A stretch of DNA of 64,000 nt from Hormiphora californensis (taxonomy: Eukaryota; Animalia; Ctenophora): NCBI GenBank assembly GCA_020137815.1, contig CM035361.1, positions 4,526,001 through 4,590,000 of the forward strand, read 5' to 3'. The notes beneath the pieces were generated by a model. That model was given only the letters and a program-made list of their open reading frames with translations. It made no database searches and was not told the origin of the DNA. A program made the translations under genes and the position numbers. Positions 12,368-26,600 of this stretch are shown piece by piece (position 1 is the first letter of the stretch; each line of letters starts with the position of its first letter).

Positions 12368-15335
12368 ATGTTATGTAAAAGAATAGGTTTGCTTCTGATT
12401 TTGTTACTTGATTCAACTACGCTAGCATCGAATCAAAATGAGTCATCGCCATGGATTAGTACAGGTATAATTTAGTTTACATAATTGAATAGTAAACTTA
12501 AAAATGACTTTACGCTTACAGTTACAGTGAATTTAATTTCTTTAAGTTTAAGTTCTGTTTAGAGTTTTTACAATTTTCATTTACATAGTATTTCTTAAAT
12601 TGCAGCTATCATTCAACAACTGAGTAATGCGGCAGACATATCCTTGTTTTTTGAAATTCCAGTGGAAGTTGAGTCTCTCAAATTATACATACGCTCTGGT
12701 GAGTACTAAAAAGTAGTATTATATGTAATTGATGAATGAGATGGAATAATGTGGTGACACCAGAATCGTGGCACAGCGGTACTATTTTATATACTACTCT
12801 AAAATTATAGCAAAGGTTTTTGTTTCAAAATTTAAAACTCATCAGCGACGAATTTTAAATTTTCATCATTTGTAGCTGGTCGAATAGACGGGATAAAACT
12901 TTCTGATGACAAAGATGGGTGGAGAACGGGAGTCATTGAACTGAATCCTGGAGTTAGAGAGCTCAATCTAACCGTTCACGATGCAAACCTTTTTGAACTT
13001 GGTAGGAAAATGAAGTCAATAAAATTCGAATCATTTTATAGAGTTTTGAGCAACGTGACGTTCGGACGTTGGTCTTTTCTTTTTTATGACATTCTCATCC
13101 TCTTTCACTTTTAGAGACATTTACTCCGATTGTCGAACAGAGACTTTACCAACGGAAAAAGCGACGTAGAAGAGGATGGGAGAATCTGACTGATCCACCT
13201 GCTTTACCCTGTCACTTGTAAGTTTCACTTTAAATGTATTTATTCGATTTAACCTTCAAGAGGCAAGTTAAGGGTACACCTGGCGTTTTTCATCATCGAG
13301 TGCCCAACCAAATGACTTCACCAGGGTTTAGGCCATACAAAATGGACCTCAAATATGCAATTTTAGCCCTAAAGTCGAATTCATATTTTTGCTACAGCCT
13401 ATTTTCAAAGTGGCGTTTTTTCAATTTTTGTTGAAATTTTTAACCTCAGGACCACTTTTTTTGAGATAGAAACATTAAATTCTTGGAATTTGAAGAGAAT
13501 ATAAAGGTGAATAAGCCCAAAGAAGGATTTTTGAAATGAAGCTTATTTCTGGCCATGAGAACGGTTTACTTTTTTGCTTCTTTGACACGCTGGCTGAGAA
13601 TGTTCCCATGCTTCATTAGAGATGAAAATCTGGAAATAGTTGCTCAAAACGATTATCTATGTGGCCCAAAAATTTTGGAACTTTCCCGCCAAAGATGTGG
13701 TGTACAGAGCTTTTTTTGTGAAACCTGTCTTTTTGAAAAAGAGGGAAATTCCCTGTATCTCAAAAACGGATGATCATAGAGACCTGGGACCAAGCTTAAT
13801 CGATTCAGAAGGTCCGATTTTGGGGGGGTCTTCTGAGAGACATTTTGCTCCTACTCCAACCGATTTTGCTGTAATTGCAAAAAACTAATTCTATGAAAAG
13901 GGGAAACAACTCTATTCCAGTAGCCTGCTTCGGGCTGATTTCCCCTTACTTGCTGATACCTTTTTCGCAATTACAGCATAAACGGTTGGAGTAGGAGCAA
14001 AATGTCTCTCAGAAGACCCCCCCAAAATCGGACCTTCTGAATCGATTAAGCTTGGTCCCAGGTCTCTACGATCATCCGTTTTTGAGATACAGGGAATTTC
14101 CCTCTTTTTCAAAAAGACAGGTTTCACAAAAAAAGCTCTGTACACCACATCTTTGGCGGGAAAGTTCCAAAATTTTTGGGCCACATAGATAATCGTTTTG
14201 AGCAACTATTTCCAGATTTTCATCTCTAATGAAGCATGGGAACATTCTCAGCCAGCGTGTCAAAGAAGCAAAAAAGTAAACCGTTCTCATGGCCAGAAAT
14301 AAGCTCCATTTCAAAAATCCTTCTTTGGGCTTATTCACCTTTATATTCTCTTCAAATTCTAAGAATTTAATGTTTCTATCTCAAAAAAAGTGGTCCTGAG
14401 GTTAAAAATTTCAACAAAAATTGAAAAAACGCCACTTTGAAAATAGGCTGTAGCAAAAATATGAATTCGACTTTAGGGCTAAAATTGCATATTTGAGGTC
14501 CATTTTGTATGGCCTAAACCCTGGTGAAGTCATTTGGTTGGGCACTCGATGATGAAAAACGCCAGGTGTACCCTTAATCGCCCCTGTAGTACAGGCTATA
14601 CCAAGTCAGCCTTCCTTGATAATGAAGTTTATGATTTGTTCTTCAGGAAGATTTAGTCTTCGTTAAAATTTATTTGTAGATACATATTATCGTATTTTAT
14701 TTTGTTCCAATAAAATAATTTAATCCTTGACTTCAGAGAGAACTTATACTACAATTTTGACCCAACTACGCATCCTCGGCAGCTCAATATTCGTCAGTGC
14801 CTTGGCTCATGTGACAAACCAATGCCTCTAACTTCACACAACACCCACTCTTATCTACAGGTAAAACTAGACATGTACAGCAGATGGTATTTTGATTATT
14901 CTATACTATGTACTTTAGTTTTACAATGAAGTTGAACAGATTTAATTTGAGGACCGTAAAAGGTTGAAAATTGATTAAATTTTATCAATTAAATGTGTTT
15001 CATTTTTCAGGCGAAGTTATCTGCCAAATCTGGGTTGGGTCAAGAAGTAGGAAAACCGTGCTGTGTTCCTGTCTCTTACAATGAGGAACCAATCACAGTT
15101 ACTAATCGAGATGGATATCAAATAGTTTTGAGGGTAAATCAATTTGCTCAATTAATTAATCTGTATTTTAAAAAAGATACAGACAAAACTATAAACGTTA
15201 AAGTAAATATATTTGATTAAGTTAATCAAATTAAGTCAATTAAACCTAATTATGACTTTGTTGTTAATCCATTGGAATGTTAAACCGACAAACTTGTTTC
15301 AGAATGTGGTAGCAACTAAATGTGGATGCAGATAA
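12368..15335 (+). CDS. TGF-beta superfamily ligand, 232 aa; exons 12368-12464, 12606-12698, 12876-13001, 13115-13217, 14737-14860, 15011-15133, 15303-15335
   Basis: Signal peptide; furin site RKKRRRR; cystine knot C...CLGSC...PCCVP...NVVATKCGCR*; all introns GT-AG, 699 nt in frame. Confidence 0.9.
13272..14573. mobile_element. Kolobok-type foldback non-autonomous element (~610-bp arms) in TGF-beta intron 4
   Basis: TTAA|GGGTACACC...GGTGTACCC|TTAA; near-identical inverted arms. Confidence 0.85.
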
Positions 15336-15555
15336 TGGGCCCCCCATCAGTGCTATTCTTTTGCAGTGACATAGACACCGTGCGCGACCAAGTTTGAGCT
15401 CACGCGGGGGGTCGCGCCAGGTGTCTATATGTCACCAAGCTATTCTTTTTTTGTTTGACGAGTTCGACCAAAGCTGTATTGTAGTCTAGAGAAAAACGAT
15501 TTTAATGCGAAATATAGGGCATCTAGGATTCATTAGAAAACATAGGACTACATAC

Positions 15556-16654
15556 GGTACTACCCGCATCCTCCATATCCTTAAATCGATAGTGTTTACG
15601 CAGTGAATACAGAGCGAATGCAGAGTGAATGCAGAATGAATGCAGAGTGAATGCAGAGCGAATGCAGAGCGAATGCAGAGTGAATGCAGAGCGAATGCAG
15701 AGTGAATGCAGAGTGAATGCAGAGTGGTTCCAGAGTGAATACGCAGTGAATGCAGAGCGAATACGCAATCATTGGTAATATCCTACCAGAACTAGAATGC
15801 CGTAAATACGCAGTGATAAAAAATTGGATATTGTATGGTAAGTCACAAGCAAACAGGCATGAGGCCGGTAACGCAAACAAAAGGGAGAGGGAGATAGAGA
15901 GGGAGAGGGAGATAGAGAGAGGGAGATAGAGATAGAGATAGAGAGGGAGATAGAGAGGGAGATAGAGAGGGAGATAGAGAGGGAGAGGGAGATATAGAGA
16001 TAGAGATAGAGATAGAGATAGAGATAGAGATAGAGAGGGAGATAGAGAGGGAGAGGGAGATAGAGATAGAGAGAGGGAGATAGAGAGAGGGAGATAGAGA
16101 GAGGGAGATAGAGATAGAGATAGAGATAGAGAGGGAGATAGAGATAGAGATAGAGATAGAGATAGAGAGGGAGAGGGAGAGGGAGATAGAGAGGGAGAGA
16201 GAGACAAAACCACTTTTTTCGGGTTGTAGCAACAATATCCAATTTTTTATCACTGCGTATTTACGGCATTCTAGTTCTGGTATGATTGCGTATTCGCTCT
16301 GCATTCACTGCGTATTCGCTCTGTATTCACTGCGTATTCACTCTGTATTCACTGCGTAAACAGTTCTGGTAGGATATCCCCAATGATTGCGTATTCACTC
16401 TGCATTCACTGCGTATTCACTCTGGAACCACTCTGCATTCACTCTGCATTCACTCTGCATTCGCTCTGCATTCACTCTGCATTCGCTCTGCATTCACTCT
16501 GCATTCACTCTGCATTCGCTCTGCATTCACTCTGCATTCGCTCTGCATTCACTCTGCATTCACTCTGCATTCGCTCTGCATTCACTCTGCATTCGCTCTG
16601 TATTCACTGCGTAAACACTATCGATTTAAGGATATGGAGGATGCGGGTAGTACC
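15556..16654. mobile_element. Merlin-type foldback element with 11-bp minisatellites in the arms and a GA-rich core
   Basis: GGTACTACCCGC...GCGGGTAGTACC termini; 8-bp TSD CTACATAC; (cagagtgaatg)n mirrored by (cattcactctg)n. Confidence 0.8.
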
Positions 16655-16880
16655 CTACATACATTCATAAATAAAATGAACAGTGTCCATGTCTAACCCT
16701 TATAGAGATTGACCTGTTCACAAATATTTTGACGAGTGAATAGAATGAGTTGGACTTAATGAACTAACGGGTGACAACTAAAAATTGTCACAAAAGTAAA
16801 ACGGCTGTAGAATTTTTCCCTTTTGAGATACAGCTTCGGGCTAGTGATACTGATAATGATAATGATGAACTATGTATAAT

Positions 16881-17028
16881 GTCCATTTTTTTTCAACTGT
16901 TCACCCCCCAAAGTCGTGCGCGGAATTGTTTTGCGCGTTTATCACATGTTAACGTGTAGCGCACACAGCGTAAATTAAAATATCGCACGCGCACGAGTTG
17001 AGGGGTGAACAGTTGAATAAAAATGGAC
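16881..17028. mobile_element. Small MITE
   Basis: gtccattttt..tcaactgttcacccc / ggggtgaacagttgaa..aaaatggac inverted repeats. Confidence 0.6.
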
Positions 17029-17695
17029 TTTAATTGTTGATTTTATCAATGCTGCAGTGGAAGTCGTTTAGTTTACCGTAAACAGGGACAATATTAGTTG
17101 TTAATTTAGTTTGTATTAATTTATTCACTAGTTGATATATTGTATGAAGTTAAATACTATAGGTACGTATGTACGTTTGTAGTTTTAAGAAAGTTTTAAG
17201 AAACTAATATTCAAAAAAAGATAATTTGTCACAGACAGACTGTGCAGTGTGCATTTATGATAAATTTTACGCATTTTGTAAGCTGGAGTACCAACGATTT
17301 CCTCGGATATTGTAAAAGGCTGCTTGACCAGTGCAATGCAAAACTTTTTTGATGAAATCAACGCAAATAGATTATCAATCCTCATAGTAAAAATTCAGTT
17401 TTTTTTATCCTGAGTTTTCCAACCGCAGTTCGAATCCTCCTAATTTCAACCGGATCCAAATATTTTGTTTATTATTGTTTCACCCTACGCATACGAAGGA
17501 AAATGTTTTCACATTTAAGAGGAACAAATGAGAAATGTATATAACTTTAACAAACCTCAACTAGATCATAATTTGGTTGGAAAATATTTGTACCTATCTT
17601 TATAGCTCCAGCTTACATTCTCAATTCAGTCACAGTTCTTCTTGGATATATAGTTCAACTATGTATCTCCTCTTCACACTCCATCATTATTCATT

Positions 17696-20600
17696 TCACT
17701 GATTTCCAATGGTTTGATACGCTACAAACTTGTCTAATGGGGCATTGAAGTCCGTTTGGGTTGTGGTCTGAGCGGGTGCCGCGTCTGCAGTTGTGTGGAA
17801 ATAGTGAGAGGGATGGATCACTGTTGTCCTTATGTCACGTCCCGCATTGGCACTAATTCCACAGTTCCTGTTGAGTAGAGAAATATTATTTGGGCGAAAA
17901 AAAGTTAACTCTCATTTGGACAAAATAGAAGAAGAAAAGAAAAATATCATAAAGTCCGCTGCAGAGTTACCACTGCGTCCCTCGCCGAAAAAATTGTGAG
18001 TTTACCTTTCTCCGAAAAAAAATTGTTGGTTTACCTTTCTCCGATGGGTGTGTAATCACTCTTCATAACAGTTGTCATACCCTTCTCATTAACATGTGTA
18101 ATGTGGATACCTAGCTCGTCAGCGAACTCGTTGTAATCAATTGAACCATCTCCATTCTTATCCAACCTAGTGGAGAAAAGTAACAGCTTGGTAATTGTGT
18201 TATTAATCAGGGAGTGATATAACATTGGTCAGTGGCGGACCTGACATGGGGATAATCCTTGATTTGGGAGGAGACCAGGGATAGGATAATAGTTCCGAAA
18301 AGGATATTAAACTCACTCGAGGAAGTATCGTCGGAGGGTGGCATCATCAACTGGTAGTTGCAGTCTCTTGCAGGCTTCTCTTAATCCTGCACAGGATTGG
18401 AACTGTTATTGAACATTTCAGGTGTGTGGACTCTAGTGCTAAAATCACGAAAAGTGAACTCAGAATTTCGGCCTTTAGGCCGGAAACGAGAGTTTGCTGT
18501 GCCTCTATACTCATTTAGAAGTGGTAGGGCCGTTATTTGGGTTCGAGGTTAGGGGTTAGGGTAAAGGTTAGGGTTAGATAATATATATAGAGTCCTCCTA
18601 ATTAGGTTTAGATATAGAGTCCGCCTACCAAAATTTCAACATTTCAATTGTTATGCTATGATTTGTGAATCTAAATCAAAATTAATTACCTACATAATTA
18701 ATTAATTGATTAATTTAAAAAAGAGAGTTAACTGACCTGTTACAGTGATTTTTCCCGTGTTATTCTTATCAAATTCTTTAAATGCTTTCTGTAGATTGAT
18801 ATTTAGAGGATCTCGGGGATTGTAACATTTCTCCAAAATCGTCTGCTTGATCGCATCCTGCAAACATTTAAATATTTTTTAAATCAAATAAAAAATTTGA
18901 TGATTATTCAACAATTAATTATGTTAATCTTTAACTCTGTACTTTTTAAGATTTATAGACTTCGCTGCTGTCAGAGCATTTGCCTGACCATATTCTCATT
19001 TCTCTCGGAGCGCACGAGAACTGTGGTCAGAGCATTGGCCTGACAGCTTCGCTGCGAGACCAGAAAATCACAAACAATTGGAAGACGGTATCCAAATTAA
19101 AAACAACAGCAGTTTTTAAGGTCTATACACATGTTTCATGGTGCCCCACGAGGAGGCACCAATCATCAGTAGACAAAGATCAAAATGAGAATGAATTGGG
19201 ATAAAGTATGACTCCTTCATAAAAACAGTCAGTCAAACGTTCCTAGTTAGAATTAGTAGCTCCATTTCACGTCACATCTTCGTATCTTGGACCTCTTGAT
19301 TCCCCAGTTACAAAGTACATCAACCATTTCCCTTTCTTGGAGTGTGTAATCTGTATTCCATTTTGATCATTGTTCCTCAAAACTAGACGTCGTACGTGTC
19401 CTCAGATCCACAAGAGAGCTCAACCACAAATAAATTGAGGGAGCATTGTATTATAGCGAGTTTAGTAGATTGATGACAAGATAGATATCCTGTCCCTTGG
19501 TCCGAGATCAACAAAGACGGTATCCCAATTGTTTGTGATTTTCTGGGCTCGCAGCGAAGTCTTTAAATCTGTGGTTTCCCGGAGAGACCGTACAGAACCA
19601 AAAAAACAATGATCACACACCTGTAGACTTTTCACACTGGGGTCAGTGAGAGCCTTCCCCTCCGTGTGCTGAAGATGTTCATGGGTTGCTATGGGTCCTC
19701 CAGTAATCCCAGCAGGGGGTCTACCATCATCGAGAGAGGCAGGGAACTTGAATTGGTCCGACTAAGGGGAAAGGGGTGGAATTATAGCACGAAATCATAG
19801 AGTTGTAGTACGTGGTTGTAGAAATGGGATTGAATGATTTGGGATTGAGAAAGACTAGAACTTATAGCTCTGATTGATCAGATTAGGACTCGAGAGATAT
19901 ATTTACCATTTCTGTTTTGTTGTGGTTCGCCTCATTACCAAATGTCAGATGACTCATCTTCTCGTCTAGAACTCGGTCCTAAAGATTGGTTAGTCATCAT
20001 TAATATCGATATTACTTGATCTTACGGATCCGTGTTGGTGACATAGACACCTGGCGCGACCCCCGCACAGGTGTCACCAACACGGATCCGTGGTAAATGT
20101 ACCACAGATTTAGAGAATACATTTTGTAGGTTTGAAAATATCAACAGTCGGACCCCGATTTACCGGGATACTCGGTGAAATCCCGGGTTTTGCCCTCGAT
20201 AAATCGGGGTCCAAAGTGTCACGTACCAGGCGAAGGTTTTTGTTGTTAGAGAACTCGTTAAGTGCCTCAGTGAGATTGGAACCATATGCTGCTCTCTGCT
20301 CGCTTGTCACGACCCCTGGATAACAGTTATAAACTAGTTATAAACAGTTATAAACAGTTATAAACTGTTTGTTAATTCATGGTTCCATTTTGAAGATAAG
20401 ACTTAGAAGCGCGGCAGGTTTATTTGTCTAGTTCATTCCACCAATCCACCAGAGTCCCTCTATGCAAATATAACATTAACATAGGTATATGTTAAGGGTA
20501 CGCTAACCAAAAATTTTTTTCGAGTGCAGGGAAATCTCTCACCGTAGGGTTGTAGGCCATGCCAAGGAGACCTCAAATATGCAATTTGAGCTCTCAAGTC

Positions 20601-23600
20601 GAATTCATATTTTTGCTACAGCTGCTTGAAAAATGAACTGTAAATAAGTTTTTGGCATCTTAAAAATACATTTGTAAAGATAGGAGCATGAAAATTTGGG
20701 GATTTGAAGAGGACATGAAGGTGAACAACCAAAAAAAATTTTTTTGCAATCCGAGCTGATTTCCGGTCCTGAAATGAATTTCTTTTTTTCCACTTTAACG
20801 CCCTATTTGGCAAAGTTCCGAAAACATGTGAAAGCTGTAAATTGGTGAAAAGTTGCGTCTAACGATTATCTAAGTGGCCATAAATTTTGGGCGTGTCCTT
20901 ATTTGAGATAAGCTGTACAGAGTTTTTTTTGTGAAAGCCGTCATTTCAGAAATAAATAAATTCCCTGTATCTCAAAAACGGCTGATCGTAGAGACCTGAG
21001 ACTATGCTTAAACGATTCAGAAGGTCCGATTTTGGGGGGGTCTTCTGAGAGACATTTTGCTCGTACTTCAACCGTTTTTGCTGTAATTGCGAAAAACGAA
21101 AACCCATCTTCGCCATCGTGGATTTTTTGTGATTTTGTTTTTGGTGATTATAGGGACCCATATGGACCAAATAGTGAAGGAATTAGCTTGTTACACATTT
21201 TTCCATAGTTTCGGTCCTTTCTTAGCTAAAATTCCCTAATTACAGGATATTGGAGTTTAGCTTTTGCCCTTTTCATAGAATTCGTTTTTCGCAATTACAG
21301 CAAAAACGCCAAAAACGGTTGAAGTAGGAGCAAAATGTCTCTCAGAAGACCCCCCCAAAATCGGACCTTCTGAATCGTTTAAGCATAGTCTCAGGTCTCT
21401 ACGATCAGCCGTTTTTGAGATACAGGGAATTTTTTTATTTCTGAAATGACGGCTTTCACAAAAAAAGATCTGTACGACACACCTCAAATAAGGACGCGCC
21501 CAAAATTTATGGCCATATAGAGAATCGTTAGACGCTACTTTTGACCAATTTACAGCTTTCACATATTTTCGGAACTTTGCCAAATATGGCGTTAAAGTAA
21601 AAAAAAAGAAATCCATCTCAGGACCGGAAATCAGCTCGGATTTCAAAAAATTTTTTTGTGGCTACTCACCTCTTTGTCCTCTTCAAATCCACAAATTTTT
21701 ATGATCCTATCTTTACAAATGTATTTTTAAGATGCCAAAAACTTATTTTCAGTTCATTTTTCAAGCAGCTGTAGCAAAAATATGAATTCGACTTGAGAGC
21801 TCAAATTGCATATTTGAGGTCTCCTTGGCATGGCCTACAACCCTACGGTGAGAGATTTCCCTGCACTCGAAAAAAATTTTTGGTTAGCGTACCCTTAAAT
21901 CGTCTTATTTTGAGCAACTCAAGAAAGGGTGCCAGCCCGCTAATTACTGATTAATTAACTATTTGATTAATTAATTAATTAACTGTTTCATTACCTGCGG
22001 TGATTCCAGGCAGGGCGTCTTCCGTTTTCAAGTGGTTCCATTGGGATTCATATCCTTTCACCCGAGGTTGAGCTGGCTGATGTTTCACTGTGTAGGAACT
22101 GGCTGTCAGACTTTGCATTCTCATGTCCTGGAAAGAGCTTGGTTAAAACCTTTCCAAGTAGATACCTGGTAAATGGCAACTGCCGGTCGCTCAGCTCCTG
22201 TATGGCGGCGCCATACCCCATTTGATTCTCAAATTGCGCTCAGATGGGTCGCGGCGCCAGACAGCTCAGCTCCGCTTTTGTGAGCGCGAAGCGAGGGAAG
22301 ACGGTCCCAGATTCCATATGAAGAAACAGTGAAAGTAAAGTCACTACTTTTTCAGGCCAATGCTCTGACCGTGGTTCTCGTGAAATGAGAATCTATGAGA
22401 CCCTATATGAGACCCTATATGAGACCCTATGAGAATCTATGAGACCCTATGAGACCCTATAGTCTATACTCTATAGGGTCAGGCCAATTCTCTGACAAAG
22501 AAAGAGTAAAAGTCATGGTACTACCTTGTCAGAATCCTCCTCAGTACCAATAACGAAACTGGCCCCTTTGTGAAGCTGTTTGTTGGTATTAATGGTCTTG
22601 GCACGCTCCGCTGCTATCGCAACTAGGGAGAAAGTGGTTTTTAGATCAACAACCGGGAAATACAACAGGAACCGACCGAAACAAGTAAACAACCAATCAG
22701 AACTCGTTATTCAGGTCACGTTACTGGTTATCACCCAATCAGGGACCAGTATTTCCTGATTCGGTCGGTTCCTGAAATACAAATATATATCGCAGCTTTC
22801 TGTTGGCCTTATTGAAACAGCAGAAACTATGTTTTAATCACAACTGTTTCGAGCTATTTTATTCTCATATCATTATCAGCAGGGGAAGAAAATTCCTAAA
22901 TCGTTGTTTATACCCTCCTTTACATTTGTTTCCCGTGCGAGGCGCAGGGAAACAGGTTCGAGAAAGGCAACTAAATAATAAGATTCTTATGTGACTTACC
23001 CAAGTCATGATTAGCGGATGTGTAATCCACTTGCTGGATAGAGTTTGCGGTACTCATGTAGTCTCCCTCCACTGGTAACATCTGGGAGGAAGGAGAGCTG
23101 GAATAATTGGGTGGGGGACTTTGGGGTGGGGGACTTTCATGGGGTGGGGACTTTGGGGTGGGGGACTTTGGGCTGGGGGACTTTGGGGTGGGGGACTTTG
23201 GGATCTGACAGATGAGAAAGTTGCCGGGCAGGAGTTCGGGGGGTATTTTTAATTTGGGGGCAGGACTACCAGCAGGAATTTGGATCTGAGTACGGATCAT
23301 GATCAAGGTAGAAAGTTGTCGTTATTCGAATAGCCCTATACAGCTGTACTTGGGGAAGGGGGGGGGGGCTGTAGGAGAGAAATTACTACATACCTGTGAG
23401 GGAGGTGGAGGCCGGGCGAGGGCAGGTTTTGAGGTAGATTTTGTTCCAATGTATGCTGATTTGTATAGAGATTGCCTCGGTTCAGCAGCAGTACTCTCTC
23501 CCAGCCTTGAAGAGAGAATTAGTTTGGATTTTTAGGTATTAACAGGAAGAAATTCGATCGAGAAACAAACAAACAAACAAACATATCTGTTTGGTTTCAT

Positions 23601-26600
23601 TTATATTCACACCAATGGTGTTGGCGGGTGTGACATGACATCGAAGACGCTCATTTAGACGTTTCGGCTGTACGGCCATTATCAATAATGCTCAATAAAT
23701 AGTTTTACGTTGTAGTTGATGAAAGTTTGAAACTTTGAATACTACCCCACCAGCCTCCAGTCTCCACCATCTTATCCAAAAAACAAACAAACAAACAAAC
23801 AAACAAACAATCAAACAAACAAACAAACAAACAAACAAACATAAAAAAACAAACAAACAATCAATCAAACAAACAAACAAACAAACAAAAAACAAACAAA
23901 CAAAAAACAAATATAAAAAAACAAACAAACAAACCTGAAGTGTGTCCCGATCTGGTAGGAACCGTCTACAACACCCTCCCCCTTCCGTACCTTCTCCAAT
24001 CCTTCCAGCAGGCTTGGTTTATAAGAATCTGCAGAGAGGCCGAGGCTTATTGAAATGATGAAACAGGCTAGTGCAACATGTTCATTTCAAGGTAAAAAGA
24101 GGGTAAATTTAGGCAATTAGCCCTTAATTACCCCATAATTACCCGAGTATTTGCATGAATTTTCTTACCCTGGCTAAGAGATTTGTCAGTAGCCTCATCA
24201 GCAAATCGTTGGTTTAGGAAGTTCTCAAATTCCAAGTAATCAATCTTGCCATCTTGATTTGTGTCAAACAGAGCTACTATCTGCCCTGAAACACAAGTAA
24301 GTACTAAGTAGTATAAAGAGAAATTACGATTGTTAATTAATAATTATGGGACATGCCGATCACATGGCTTGATTTGTGATACCATCTGGCCTGAAACAGG
24401 AGAGATATAACAATTTTTAATTAATAATTATTATTATTATTATTATTATTGTCAATTATGGGACATGACGGGAACACCGAAAAATAGTAGTAATTGACAC
24501 ACACTTCAATGTAAACTACAACTATGTAAACTGCCAGTGGAAATGAACTCACCAACAACCTCCTGTTCAGCTGGTCCAAGAATCCTCCTCAACACACTGG
24601 AAAGGGCCTCATAAGACACAAAACCAGTTCTTTTCTTGTCAAAAAGGGCAAAAGCCTGCCTGAAGTTGACCGTGTTGGGGTCTCGAGGATTTTGGAATTC
24701 CGTCCGGAGGAAGTTGTAGAGTTTCCTCGCAACTGACATTTTCACTTCGTCAACCTCCTTTGCGCCTCTGGGGAGGAGAGTAGATAGAGATGGGGGTTAG
24801 TCAACTCTGCAGGGGAGGCCGAGGAGAGAGCTGGGTAGGTGGGGGTTTTGGTGACTATATGATATAGGTGGTTGAAGGTAGTGGGGGGGGGGGTTGCGTT
24901 GTTGTGTAACCCCCTCACTCTAGTTGATTAACAACCTCACTCACCAGTCAACAAAATGGCCAATGGGCCAATTGAGAGGTCATGAGGTGTCAAATTTGAT
25001 GTTTATGTTTGTTTACCTGTGACTGACATGATCATATCCCTTCTGTGTTGAAGTTACCCCAGCTGTACTAGCCGCACCACCACTGCTGTATGACATCTTG
25101 AAGACAGATACTGGCTCGGCCCTCTCCGTCATGTTGTAGTCACCCTCCCTGACAGAAATGTAGAATTAAAGTTACCATTTTCGTGATTTAGGAACCTGCG
25201 GCCATCCCCCAGACCTCAGGCGACGCCGTCAGACGTCAGGCGACAGACGTGATAAAGGTTAGAAACAGGAATGCTGGGCATTTATTTGAACTATCGACAT
25301 GTTATACAAGGATCGACGAATCGTCTTTTTATAACTCTACAAACCTAAACACATTGTTTGTCCGTTTGTCCTCTCTAGCTCTATCAGCTGCCACTGAGTT
25401 ACTTTCTCCTCCCTGTTTGGAATCAGAAAATGCGGCCTGTGCTTCCGTCTGTAGCCTGAGATAAACAGATCATTAGCTTGTTAATTGCAATGTAATTGGA
25501 TGATTAGAATTCTTTCATTTCAGAACTGCACACGTCGTTCACTTTTCATTGTCTACACCGGTTGCCAAGGCAATGCGCGCGTTATTCAAATGTTGACGAT
25601 GGGATCATTTCATTTCTTGGCGCGCATTTGCCAGCCGCGCCATTGCTCCTGTATGCCGGTGTGTGGCACACAAAGTGAGAGACACGCAATGCGTATTTAG
25701 AATGACGCGGCCTGGGATTGGAATGAGTGGCAGCATGACAATCACACGAACAATAAAGGGGGAGGGGGGGGGGGGGACCTGCCCCTCTTGAGCTCTCTGC
25801 TTGCCCAAAACGTGCTACAAGACGATCAACTCAGTGCTTGCCCAAAACGTGCTACAAGAGGGTCAACTCTCTGCTTGCCCAAAACGTGCTACAAGACGGT
25901 CGACTGTGTGCTTGCCCAAAACGTGCTACAAGAGAGTCAACTCAGTGCTTGCCCAAAACGTGCTACAAGAGGGTCGACTCAGTGCTTGCCCAAAACGTGC
26001 TACAAGAGAGTCAACTCAGTGCTTGCCCAAAAAGTGCTGTACGATTGTGGGAGAAATCAGGAGTGAAATGGGTGACTCGCGACTTGTTGTTCCGTGTGTA
26101 CGATTACTTGATAAGCTTCCAGGCATAATATCAGGAACCGACTGGTAAACAACCAATCAGAACTCGTTATATAGGTCACGTGACTGGTTATCAGCCAATC
26201 AGGGACCAGTATTTCCTGATTCGGTCGGTTCCTGCATAATATCGTTCGTGACATGAAAGTCCGATAAAAATTACTTACACCGCAGGGTCGCTTCCAAGAG
26301 AGAAATGAGTTGCCCGAAGATAGTTAGTTATGGGATTGCCAACACCGTATATCGTCACTTTGTTCGCCTCTTGATGGGCTTTCTGAAGGAATAGGGCATT
26401 AGAGATCTTGATACAGGAGTTAGAAAGACTTCAGATAGACAAAATTCTGCCAGACAGACCGTCTTCCGACAAAAAGACAGACATACACACATAGGATAAT
26501 CATCCCCTCATATAGGAAATTAACATATTTGACCTTGATATACCGGGTACCCGGGCAGGGAAAAATTTCCGAGCATTCCGGTAACAGGTAAATCGACTGT

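Noticed and set aside
13555-14338. Mirror-image ORF pairs (also at 28828-32816, 47287-48180 and 57886-58653)
   Set aside because: By-products of inverted repeats with no transposase or other motifs
13272-14573. piggyBac assignment of the TTAA-flanked elements
   Set aside because: Termini are GGG...CCC (RR...YY), the Kolobok pattern, whereas piggyBac starts with CCY
15523-16670. Long SL/LY/HSAF-rich ORFs
   Set aside because: Translations of micro- and minisatellites
18547-18577. Telomeric TTAGGG-like repeats
   Set aside because: Only a few degenerate units inside a small intronic repeat related to about 5824-5893
25799-26040. CRISPR-like array (constant 24 bp plus variable 13 bp)
   Set aside because: The variable parts are homologous to each other and too short for spacers; the array is intronic in an animal gene with no cas genes, so it is a minisatellite
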